From the NCBI RefSeq assembly GCF_006345805.1, contig NC_042999.1, positions 60,698,001 through 60,762,000 on the forward strand: a stretch of DNA of 64,000 nt, in the 5' to 3' direction. Shown piece by piece: positions 25,825-36,981 of the stretch. Below the pieces are notes generated by a model. It did no database searches, was not told the DNA's origin, and was given only the letters and a program-made list of their open reading frames with translations. This DNA comes from Octopus sinensis (lineage: Eukaryota). Position 1 is the stretch's first letter. The number at the start of each line of letters is the position of its first letter. The position numbers were made by a program, and so were the translations under genes.

Positions 25825-26541
25825 ATAGGCGAAACAGGCATGACTGTGTTAAGAAGCTTGCTTCCTAATCACATGGTTCTGGGTTCAGTCCCACTGCGTG
25901 GCACCATCGGCAAATGTCTTCTACTATTGCCTCGGGCTGCGGGCCGACTAAAGCCTTGTGAGTGGATTTGGTAAACGGAAACTGGAAGAACACTTTGTAT
26001 AGATATATATGTATGTATATATATTCCCATTCAGTATACCAACATTGGACTTTCGAGCAGCACGCTTAAGTTTTTCATGGAGAATATGTCCTCTCTCAAA
26101 AGTGTCGATCACCTTCTTAATCTGCTTCCTCCTTCTGTGACAATGACAGGCATTGTTCTCCCAGTCAGTCTCCTGCGTATCACACGCCTTTGACAAGGAC
26201 TTGACACATTCTTTTAAGTCGCAGCCTTGGTTTCTGCTGGTGTCTCTTTCCATTCACAGGTTCCCCATATTGCATCTGCTTAGAGATCCTGCTATCATTC
26301 ATTCTAATAAAGTGCAGTGAATAGGGAAAGCTTGGTTTGCAATTTTTGCAGTCGTGTATACTTGTCAAGAGCAGGGCTCATTGGCCACCACCGGAGCCGC
26401 AAATTCAGAATATAATTTAGTCCTTGCGCGCACAATGTTCCTGAAGGTTAGCAACGGTGTTCCTCGGACACGAGTGGACGGCGATTATCTCTCTTCACTT
26501 TCTGTCCCCCACCACACACACAACACACATACACAACATAT

Positions 26542-26599
<58 letters not shown>

Positions 26600-26812
26600 T
26601 CTGTGTGTGTTTGTATATGTTCCCCCGACATCGCTTGATAATCGAAGCTGGTGTTTATGTTCCTGTAATTTAGCGGTTCGGCAAAATTGACAAATAGAAT
26701 AAGCACTAGACTTACAAAGAACATGACCTGGGGTCGATTACTTCGACTAAAACCTATTAAGGAGGAGCTCCAGCGTGGCTTCAGTCAAATGACTGAAACA
26801 GTTAAACGATTA
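25825..26812 (+). mobile_element. SINE family B split at its internal microsatellite by an inserted RTE fragment
   Basis: Head at 25825-25992 and 3' half at 26600-26812, with the RTE piece between them. Confidence 0.7.
26035..26335 (-). mobile_element. RTE LINE 3' fragment
   Basis: IRMNDSRISKQMQYGEPVNGKRHQQKPRLR / KECVKSLSKACD..DWENNA..RRRKQI..FERG..EKLKRAARK, the RTE C-terminal pattern. Confidence 0.8.
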
Positions 26813-27679
26813 TATTATATACATTATATATATATGTATGTGTGTAAGTGTTCATGTGTATACACGACGAAACTACGGGTTTGTATGTGTGTATATATAT
26901 ATATATGTATATATGCACTTATTTTCTCCTGCATTAAAATTAAACAAGATAATCAAGCACCTAAAGCATCTTGTATTGCTCTTATTTAAGCTCCCTGCGC
27001 CATCTATTCCGAAACCTGGTGTTGAGATGCTATATACACAAGTGATTCGACAAAGAAGATAAATCTCTTTCCTTTTCAGGATAGCGCCGTGACAACCAAT
27101 GGTGCGGTGTTGTCAGCCTTTTATCAAGATGTACGTTATAAATTTCTAGAGACTTCGTTTCTATTTCCTAATTTGACACAACACATATAATTCCGCTTTG
27201 TGTTATGTACTCAACTGAGAATTTATTCTATGTGAGATAGAGGAAATATTGTTTTTTGTTACCCAATTTCTGCTAAATCTTAATTTGTCGTCTAGATCCA
27301 TACAAGCCCTAAATGGATAAGAATATAATCTGAGAAATCCACACTATACATGTATCATCATAATTTTTTCTGTTTTATGCTTATCATATCTATAACAGGA
27401 CTGACGTGCGTATGAAAACATCTTACTTCGTGAAACAACGGTGTTTTGTTTGGGTGTGATATGGTTGCTATTTCTAGCAAGTCAGTACAGCCACTCTGCT
27501 GGTCTCAATATATATATTTTGCAATCTGTTATGTAAAATTTATTGGATGAACACAGTTGTTTTCATTTGTTGTAAGCATAGTTTCAAGTAAAACTTGTTT
27601 CTTATGAGTTTCCGGAAAGAATAATATATTTGCCACGTAATATATTACTACGTACAATCACCATGAATAGGTGCCTTCT

Positions 27680-28093
27680 TATTTCTTTATTGCCCCCAAG
27701 GGGCTAAACAGAGGGGACAAACAAGGACATACAAAGGTATTAAGTCGATTATATCGACCCCAGTGCGTAACTGGTACTTATTTAATCGACCCCGAAAGGA
27801 TGAAAGGCAAAGTCAACCTCGACGGAATTTGAACTCAGAACGCAGTGGCAGACGAAATACCTATTTCTTTACTACCCACAAGGGGCTAAACACAGAGAGG
27901 ACAAACACGGACAGACAAACGCATTAAGTCGATTATATCGACCCCAGTGCGTAACTGGTACTTATTTAATCGACCCGGAAAGGATGAAAGGCAAAGTCGA
28001 CCTCAGCAGAATTTGAACTCAGAACGTAGCGGCAGACGAAATACCGCTAGGCATTTTGCCCGGCGTGGTAACATTTCTGTCATCTCGCCGCCT
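27680..28093 (-). mobile_element. Tandem dimer of SINE family A (head-truncated copy 27680-27861 + full copy 27862-28093)
   Basis: Two successive copies of the family A core joined at gaaatacc|tatttcttt. Confidence 0.85.
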
Positions 28094-28412
28094 TATCTCT
28101 CTATCACTTTCTGTCCCCACCACACACACAAACACACACATACTTTGTAATGCTTGTAAAAATATATAAATCAGAAAATGCTTGCATTCCTATATTTACC
28201 AATAGAGTGTGTAGATTAATCAAATTATACAGTGTTACAGATCCCTTTCAGCAGATCTTGCGAACTGGTTTCGCACTGGCTAATAGAATACTGGATATAA
28301 CAGCGTGTACTGTTAACTAACACCACGTGCTCTCTGGAGATGGTGGTTATCCAATACCTTGTGCGAAGTGGATTATTATGATGGACTGAAATGAATCTTT
28401 GTTGAATGTGTA

Positions 28413-28452
<40 letters not shown>

Positions 28453-28617
28453 CCAAAAATTAATTTACGAAGGTGTCATTAATTCTATTATTATCCAATG
28501 TAACTATTTAAAAAATAATAACAGAAGAAGTTATATAATAGAGAGTTTTGACTGTTTTTTCAAGCAGGTAGAAATACTTAGTATGTCCTTTGGTTAATTG
28601 TAATCCCTCGCTATTAC

Positions 28618-28654
<37 letters not shown>

Positions 28655-28697
28655 ATATATATATACATATATATGTATGTATATATATAAATTCAAA

Positions 28698-28897
28698 ATG
28701 TGACCGCCTGTGTACCGTTGGCGATTTTTTTCATCCGTCTTCCCTTCTTTGGATCTTTCCTTTTCCTATGTTTCTGACGAAGAGCTCCGCCCGAACGTTA
28801 GACCCTCCTTCTTTCCTGAGCGTCCCATAATACTATACTTGTGCCACGTCCTCGCGTTGTTGTGTTTCTCTTTGTGTTTTCATGTTTGGATTAACTA
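28698..28897 (+). mobile_element. ~200 bp non-coding repeat carrying a hammerhead-like motif (28769-28804, degenerate here)
   Basis: Homologous over its length to 54052-54262 on the opposite strand; CUGACGA A GAGC UCC GCCC GAA CGUU; flanked by (TA)n. Confidence 0.75.
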
Positions 28898-28898
28898 T

Positions 28899-28949
<51 letters not shown>

Positions 28950-29090
28950 GATTTTAAGAAAAACGTACTGGTCTCCGTTCCTAAAATGCATATAGGCATT
29001 GCTCTTCTATGGCTATAATCTAATGACTGAAAGCAGTGAAAGATATGTATACATGTACGTTTACATACACATACAAACATCTCTCTCTCA

Positions 29091-29160
<70 letters not shown>

Positions 29161-29915
29161 TATATATATATTATATATATATATATATATATTATAATAT
29201 TTATGTATGTATATATCTATATGTATGTACGTTTGTATCACTTTGAGGATGCACATACGCTACTTCGTATATTGAGACCTTATTGAGGATTATTTTCATC
29301 ACCACAACAAAGTCTATCTCTTTATCTATGTATCAGACAGTCAGCCAGCCTACAAATGGAGTGTGTAGATATATATGCGTAGGTATGCTTTCCACATTAT
29401 TTTTAGTTATATATGGTTTATATGCTGCTTTTATAGAAGTGCTGTCGATGCGTATGCATATATGCGTCTTTGCATATTCTGTGTATGTTAACGATTGACT
29501 ACGTTTTTATATTCTGAGATTTTCTTCTTTTTTCGTTTAAGTATATCGACTGGAAGTCGTAAATTGTAAACTAAGAACCATTAATCTCAGCACAGGACTA
29601 ACCACCTGGGATGTCATGTTTATGTTGAAAACTAGGTTCGGGAATAATATAGAATGGATTTTTTTTTAATATCTGTAGAGTGTGTATATGTAAGTATATG
29701 TGTGTATATAACTACAAACAGGCGCATATGCGTATGTGTACATATATCAACATACGTACACACATATATATATACACTTATACACAGATATATTTGAATG
29801 TTTATGAGTCATCTGCCCGATTTTATTGCCTGTATATATGGGTTATTCTATGTACCTACGTGTGTGTGTATACATACGTACATATATACAAACATACATA
29901 CAAATATAAATATAA

Positions 29916-29971
<56 letters not shown>

Positions 29972-29975
<4 letters not shown>

Positions 29976-29992
29976 AGGATTCAAAAAACACA

Positions 29993-30024
<32 letters not shown>

Positions 30025-30047
30025 TGTGTTTTTTTTGAATCCTTATT
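29972..30047. repeat. Short fold-back centred on (TA)n
   Basis: aataaggattcaaaaaacacagta (TA)n tactgtgttttttttgaatccttatt. Confidence 0.85.
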
Positions 30048-31654
30048 TTTACATAAACACGCATACGTATACACGTAAGCTTTATGGAAAAGATATATGA
30101 TTGTTTGTGTAAAATATGTATATTTGGGTGCGTTTGTGCCAGTGTGTCTATGCTTGTATTGTTTGAGTATGTTTGTATGTTCAGATGTTTGTGAACACAT
30201 ACGTAATATATACTAAATATTACCGAACCTGCTATTTTTTACCTTTTTTTTCTCCTCATTCCTCGTCGTTATTGATTTCTTGTATATGACATCAAGCTTC
30301 TTATTAATCGAATCGTTTCGGTTCCTTTTATTTGTATCATTTTTTTCTTTCTGTATGAACTCCATACATGTGTAAACGGAAATTCACGTATTTATACAAT
30401 TACCCAATATGCATCACTATTTATCATCTTTACTACATTATTACTTGCCTACATATAACACTGCTTCGTATTTATCGAATTAGTTCGTCTCCATTTACTT
30501 CAGTTCCTCTCTAATAGGAAACAAGTTGTTATTTTTCATTTTACTTTTTTTTTTAACATTCTCAGCACCTTTTACAATTTTTAGCGCTTTTCTTTACAAT
30601 TGTTTATTTTTTCAACATTTAATTGATTCATTTTACAGTTAAATTGTTATTTAATTTTATGAAAAAAAAAAAAAAATCGAATATTCTCACTTCTTGTCGG
30701 GTGTTAGAAAATCTATCAGGAAATTTATTAGGAAATTGTTATACATATGTGACACATTCTTTTTTCGTTATGCAATATCATATACATTATTATATAATAA
30801 TTTAAGTATTTCGTTTTGTTTTGTTCACTTACTCCATTTATATTGCAATTCTTGCCAGCACTTTACATTCTCCTTGCTGTCAAGTTTTTTAAACATTATG
30901 AAATAATTTACTTTCTATATCCATCATTTCATTTTCCACCCCAGAATATCTATATGAACATATTGGGAAAATAATATTCTTTTAGCGAATCTATCGTTAA
31001 TACGTAATTATTTGTTTTCTAGAGACGTGATTCTAACGCATCGAATAACAAATTCCAGAAAATTATGGAAACTCATCCAGTAACAAGGGGAAAGTGAGAT
31101 CTTTTGGTGTCGGTCTATCAATATTTAAGAAAAGTGGGAAATATTTCAAGAACGGCAGGGGAAGGGTGGAAGTTAAAAAGCCATTTGTCTTTTACAAGTT
31201 AATAAGATTTGACAATAAGTTTAGATGTTAGATACTCCAAATGTTTTTATTAGATAAATTGTAAATAAAGATTGTAATAAACCATTAGATTCTTCTAGTG
31301 AAGGAGTACATCAAATTTTTATTATAGTATAATTTAGTGGGTAAGTTAAGAGTTTAGAGATATAAAGAAGGCGTATTGTGCTTCTACACTAGAAAAAGTA
31401 TTCATTGCCATACTTTACTGTCCCGCCTACGCCAATAGGAGAAAAATATAAAGTAAATTTCGAATATTTCACTAGTATTAGACTGGTGAGAATGACGACC
31501 TCGTAGCAATCAAATGATTACATTAGCACCATTTATGTTTAGTAATCTACAGTACCAACTATGCTACCATTTCATCCTCAAATGATTTGAATTTGGAAGG
31601 GATTGGTAATTGCTGATTTAGATATACTATATTGGTAACTTTGTATATTGACTT

Positions 31655-31847
31655 CAAATTTTGGCACAAGGCTAGCAAATTTGACAAAGGGGGTAAGTCG
31701 TTTACATCAAATCCAGTGTTCAAATGGTACTTATTTTATCGAACCCGAAAAGAAGAAAGATGGCATTTGAGCTCAGAACGTAAAGACTGACGAAATGCTG
31801 CTAATCACTTTACACAGCGTGTAAACATTTTACTCAATCACTGCCTT
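31655..31847 (-). mobile_element. Degenerate SINE (family A-like)
   Basis: ggtacttattttatcgaacccgaaaagaagaaagatggcatttgagctcagaacgtaaagactgacgaaatgctgctaa matches the family A core and head. Confidence 0.6.
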
Positions 31848-32054
31848 AACTATTACTGTAATATCAAAATGAAGTTAGTAATATTGTAAAAGTAATATAG
31901 TCAAATAAATTACAATTCTAATATCATTCTTGCTGACATCATACATTTTTGTCAAGAGTACTTGCTCTGTGCTATACATCAATCGTTCACATATATTCCC
32001 ACAAACTCTATATACATACATATATACATGGTGGTGGTGTTACACACCATACTA

Positions 32055-32300
32055 ATCATATTTGTCAGGCATGTGGAAGAGAGTGTAATTCGGCAGGAGG
32101 ACTTAAACGACATGCAAAGGTACATGAAGCCCTGTTACAACTACAGCCGGCTACTGCCGGTAAAGGTTTTAGCTGCCAATTCTGTACAAGACATTTTAGA
32201 TCTTTAGGTGGGCTAAAAAGTCACATTCGATCACAGCACCAATAACAGTTAAGCTTCGTGCAATGGCCATACTCGCTAACAAAGGGGCAGCCATCATATA
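32055..32300 (+). mobile_element. Two tandem C2H2 zinc fingers + 3' UTR; most likely an RTE LINE 3' terminus
   Basis: HICQACGRECNSAGGLKRHAKVH and FSCQFCTRHFRSLGGLKSHIRSQH, then a stop, a short UTR and a (taca)n tail. Same architecture as 8278-8620. Confidence 0.7.
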
Positions 32301-32744
32301 CATACATGCATTCATACATGCATAGATAGATAGATAAATAGATAGATAGACAGTCAGATAGATGAAATCTTTTATTTGCTTCATTCATAAGACTGTGGAC
32401 ATGCTGGGACACCACCAACGTTGAATGCTTTTGTCGAATAAATCGTCCCAGTACCTTTACTATGTCTGGTTCATATTCTATCGTTATCTTTCCCGAACTG
32501 CTACGTTACAGAGACGTAGACAAACTAACTACAGTTTATATATGTGTGTATGCTTGTATATATACACATATAAGGAAAATAAGACAAGGTAAAAAGTACT
32601 AAATAATTTTATCCTGAAATATATTTTATAGCTATTAGTACCAGTTTCTGTCTATTCGACTTTTCAACTAAGAGTAAAATAAGGATGTAAATTAATTAAG
32701 AAGAAAAACAATTAAATTGAAGAAATGTTTTGTAAATATTTCCA

Positions 32745-32912
32745 GGCGCAGTATTGGCTATTTGGTAAGAAGCTTGCTTCGCAACCGCATGGCACTGCAA
32801 GGCATCTTCGACAAGTGTCTTCTACTATACCCTCGAGCCGACCAAAGCCTTGTCAGTGGATTTGGTAGACGAAAACTGAAAGAATCCTTCCCTATATATA
32901 TATATATATATA

Positions 32913-32964
<52 letters not shown>

Positions 32965-33345
32965 AAAAAAAAACAAAAGATGAAGACAGGTGGTGTAGAA
33001 AACAAACAGATGTATTAATATAACGCTCGGGAATTGAAAAAAGTCTTTAGAATTTCGAGCCTACGCTCTTCCACAGAAAGGAACACAGAAAGAAACAAGG
33101 AGAGAAGAGAGAAACAAAGAAAGAAAAAATGTGTATAGTGGCTAGCAATCTATCATGGCGACGTAAGCACACTAACATCGGTTGTCATGTGATGGTGGGG
33201 ACAAACACAGACATATATATATACCTCAACGGTTCGGCAAAACAGTCCGATAGAATAAGCAAAGGGCTTACAAAGGTCGATTTGTTCGACTAAAGGCGAT
33301 GCTCCAGCATGGCTACGGTCAAACGATTGAAACAAAGAAAAAAGA
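32745..33345 (+). mobile_element. SINE family B interrupted by a hammerhead-type mini-element (32960-33158, minus)
   Basis: Head at 32745-32895 and tail at 33220-33345. The insert contains CUUU CUGUGGA A GAGC GUAG GCUC GAAA UUCU AAAG (33045-33080, minus, degenerate). Confidence 0.6.
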
Positions 33346-33505
33346 AAAGAAAAAATAGTCTTCAATTAGGTGGAACATTTTCCTTCCTCTCACTCTCTCT
33401 GTCTCTCTGTCTCTCTCTCTCTCTCTCTTTTCCTTTGTGATAGCTGGTAAAGTATGTTGTAGCAGATCTGAAAAATCGTCTTAAGCAGTCGAGATAGGAG
33501 AAAGC

Positions 33506-33646
33506 GAAGAAGAAGAAGAAGAAGAAGAAGAAGAAGAAGAAGAAGAAGAAGAAGAAGAAGAAGAAGAAGAAGAAGGAGAAGAAGAAGAAGAAGAAGAAGA
33601 AGAAGAAGAAGAATGAGGAGGAGGAGGAGGAGAAGAAGAAGAAGAA
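33506..33646 (+). repeat. (GAA)n/(GAG)n microsatellite
   Basis: Directly visible. Confidence 0.95.
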
Positions 33647-33799
33647 AGTAATATTACCCAGGTTATCCGTGGAATCTACCTTAATGGTCAGGTGGGATGA
33701 AAGGGACTTGTGGTTGTAGGAGCAGCAGTATAAGGAACGGTTGTAATATATCAATCGATTTTAATATTTGTGTGGGTATTATTCTCAGATCCTTGTAGT

Positions 33800-34260
33800 A
33801 GTGTCATCTGTGGTGGAAGCATTCAAAAGACGTCCACATTTTGCGATAGATTATGATTCAAGGCCAATACGTTGATTATAGGTTGCATTGTCCCTATATT
33901 TATAGAGGGGAAAAATTGTAAATTTGAGTTGTTTATTAGTGGCGCAAATGTCGATGCTATTTTTCTATATTCACGTATTTTAATCTGGGATCTATGTGCA
34001 ATCATCCTATGGCGTAGACAGCTTTTAGTTTGACCAATATATTGCTCTGGACGCCCTGAGCAAGTTAACACGTATATCAGGTTTTCCGAAGCATATGTGA
34101 AGTTGTTTTTCACTGTAAAATGTTGAACCTTTTTGAAGAAGTTCGATCCCTCAATCAGGTTGACGCGTATACCACAGTTAGGTCCTCGCATTTTTTTACT
34201 GTCGATTCCGATGTTGTTCACGTGTGTACTTGGGCTTGTGTTAGAGTACTTTTCTTCTTA
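33800..34260 (-). mobile_element. Penelope-like element fragment, GIY-YIG endonuclease
   Basis: NNFTYASENLIYVLTCSGRPEQYIGQTKSCLRHRMIAHRSQIKIREYRK; homologous to 7476-7838. Confidence 0.88.
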
Positions 34261-34285
34261 ATTAATATCCACATTTGATTTACTC

Positions 34286-34323
34286 TTAGTTGAAAAACCC
34301 GAAAAGCTAGAAACCGGTACTAA
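34286..34323 (+). ncRNA. Degenerate hammerhead in a presumed inverted pLTR
   Basis: ttag ttgaaaa .. GAAA CCGG UA ctaa; antisense to the adjacent GIY-YIG fragment. Confidence 0.4.
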
Positions 34324-35221
34324 CCGCTGAAAAGTTTATTTCAGGATAAAATTATTTTAGCATTTTCTACTTTGCCTTACTTTCCTTAAACATATCAACT
34401 CATGCGTGTATTAATTTAATGATTCTTCTGTGGTTTAGCAGAATTTTAGCTTCTATTTTTAGCGAGGCAGGTGCCTAGTATATATATATATATATAAACA
34501 ATTGTATGTACTATATATAAGTATTAATTTTGCCTATACGACTTTTACGCTCGCGGCCACTACCGTTCTTATCATTTTTAGGACTATTATTCTCTGGTAA
34601 TCCTTCAGTAGAAGGTGATTAAAGAAGTAAATAAAAATTAAAGGAGAAATAACAACAAGGGGAGATAAATTAGCTATAGCAATCAAAACGTGAACTTTTT
34701 CTTTTCTTTGGTATAGAATTCCTCCATACAAATTCGTGTAAATACAAAGCGAAAAAATTGTCTGACGTTCCAAATTCACGTCGTAGTTTTCCTTTTGCAC
34801 GCATCCACCTGTTTTCCACATTTTATGTATGGGCGTCCTTATTTGTCGGATCTACAAAGTTCTCTTGATGCACAAACACTTCGTGAGTGTACATACCGTC
34901 CTTTAGACTTTCCTAGTTGTTATTTTCCCTTTAATTTTTATTTAGATTTTTAATCACCCCATTCTGAAGGATTACCATGTTCTCTTTTATATGTAACTTT
35001 TATATGTAACTTGATACCACCAACATGATACAGAAGTAAAAGAAGTCAATACAAAAAAATTTTATTTCCTGCGTTAAACATATGGCGGTGCCCCAGCATG
35101 GCCACAGCTCGTAAACTGAAACTAGATAAAATAAAATAAAAAAAAAAAACTTCCTGAAAAAAGCCTCTAGTAGACACTAACACCTATATATATATATGTA
35201 TGTATGTATGTAGTATGTATG

Positions 35222-35356
<135 letters not shown>

Positions 35357-35818
35357 ATATATATATATATATAGGCAGAATAATCTATATATATATATAT
35401 AGGCAGAAGATTCTAAGTAATCATAAACCATATATTTTCGCCTTCACAAGGAAAATGTTTCGTGATAGCACGACTTACTACTAGTAGCTGGTCATCCTCT
35501 CTCTCTCTACCTAAAATTTTATCATCTTTAGAAGATGATAATCAAACCAAGTTGCGTATTGGTTAATGTACTTCTGGATAAGTTTTCTAAAAATAATATA
35601 GGGCGACTAAGTTTCAAATGCTTTGATCATAATTCCGTACAGTCAGGTGTGACCTGAGGCTAAGTAGCAAAAACTTCACATACTCACCAAACACATACAC
35701 GTAAGAAAATAAATACACTTACACAGTCATTCATTCTCGCTGTTCTCACAAGTATTTCTGTCTCCTCATACATAATACACACGCACAAAATAATACACAG
35801 ATTACATATACACATACA

Positions 35819-35903
<85 letters not shown>

Positions 35904-35941
35904 ATATATACATATCTACATATATATATACACACACACAA

Positions 35942-35979
<38 letters not shown>

Positions 35980-36563
35980 TACACACTATTTCTTCTCACA
36001 TCGCACGTAAACTTACACATATTTCTACGCAGACATAATCATACCACACATAGACACCACATAAGCATATTCTCTCACATAAATCTCTCATACATTCATA
36101 CACTGTTACCACATACACACTGTAACAACTCAGAAGAATTTCTTTACCTTCTCATTATTCTACGCTAAGTTCAATGAGATGCTTTTTGCATACATAACCC
36201 AAAACTGAACACATTAACATATGCACCTTTATTCCTATCTGAGAACCCACAGTGTTTTCCACTCTTTTACATTTCACTAACAAATACATGATTAACACTT
36301 TATGCAGGAAATCGCCTGAAACTGTTAATATCACATGCACTAAACTCACCCTTCAATTATAAAATACTAAAGAAGGGATTACAGATACCTTCTTTAGCTT
36401 TATAAGATGAAACCTTTCTGATAACACTATATTCTGTAAAGTTGAACATTTTCTCGTGCAACGAGTAGCACCATATAGCGCATTATATACATGCATGTAT
36501 GTGTATATGTGTATGTATTATATATACATATTTATGTACATATATATTTATATTTATATATAC

Positions 36564-36937
36564 ACTAGCAGTATCGCCCGGCGTTGCTCAGGTTTGTAAG
36601 GGAAATAACTATAAAGTATTTTTAGAGAGTTATAGCCAAAAAATAGCAAAAAATGGAAAAAAATGATGGTAAATTTTTTTTTTAGTTGAAAAAGGTGGAG
36701 TTGCGTCCCCTAGACAGTTTGCGGTTTGTGTTTCTGATTCTCGACCCCATGTCGAATATATCGACATTTTTCAGAACTGGGGGAACTTTTCAAAATTTTC
36801 GCTGCGTTAGTTTTGAATTATGACATTGGGCTATGTGTGTGTCAAGTTTCATCAGAATCGGTTGAAAGCCGTGGTCAGGGTGAGGGTACAAGCAAACAGA
36901 CACACAGAAACACGCACAGACAAACTGCCGTTTATAT

Positions 36938-36940
<3 letters not shown>
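36564..36940 (+). mobile_element. Non-autonomous Helentron/Lep1-like element (shorter copy)
   Basis: actagcagtatcgcccggcgttgctc...caagtttcatcagaatcggttgaaagccgtggtcagggtgagggtac..acagacaaactgccgtttatatata; shares both ends with 17011-17820. Confidence 0.72.
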
Positions 36941-36981
<41 letters not shown>

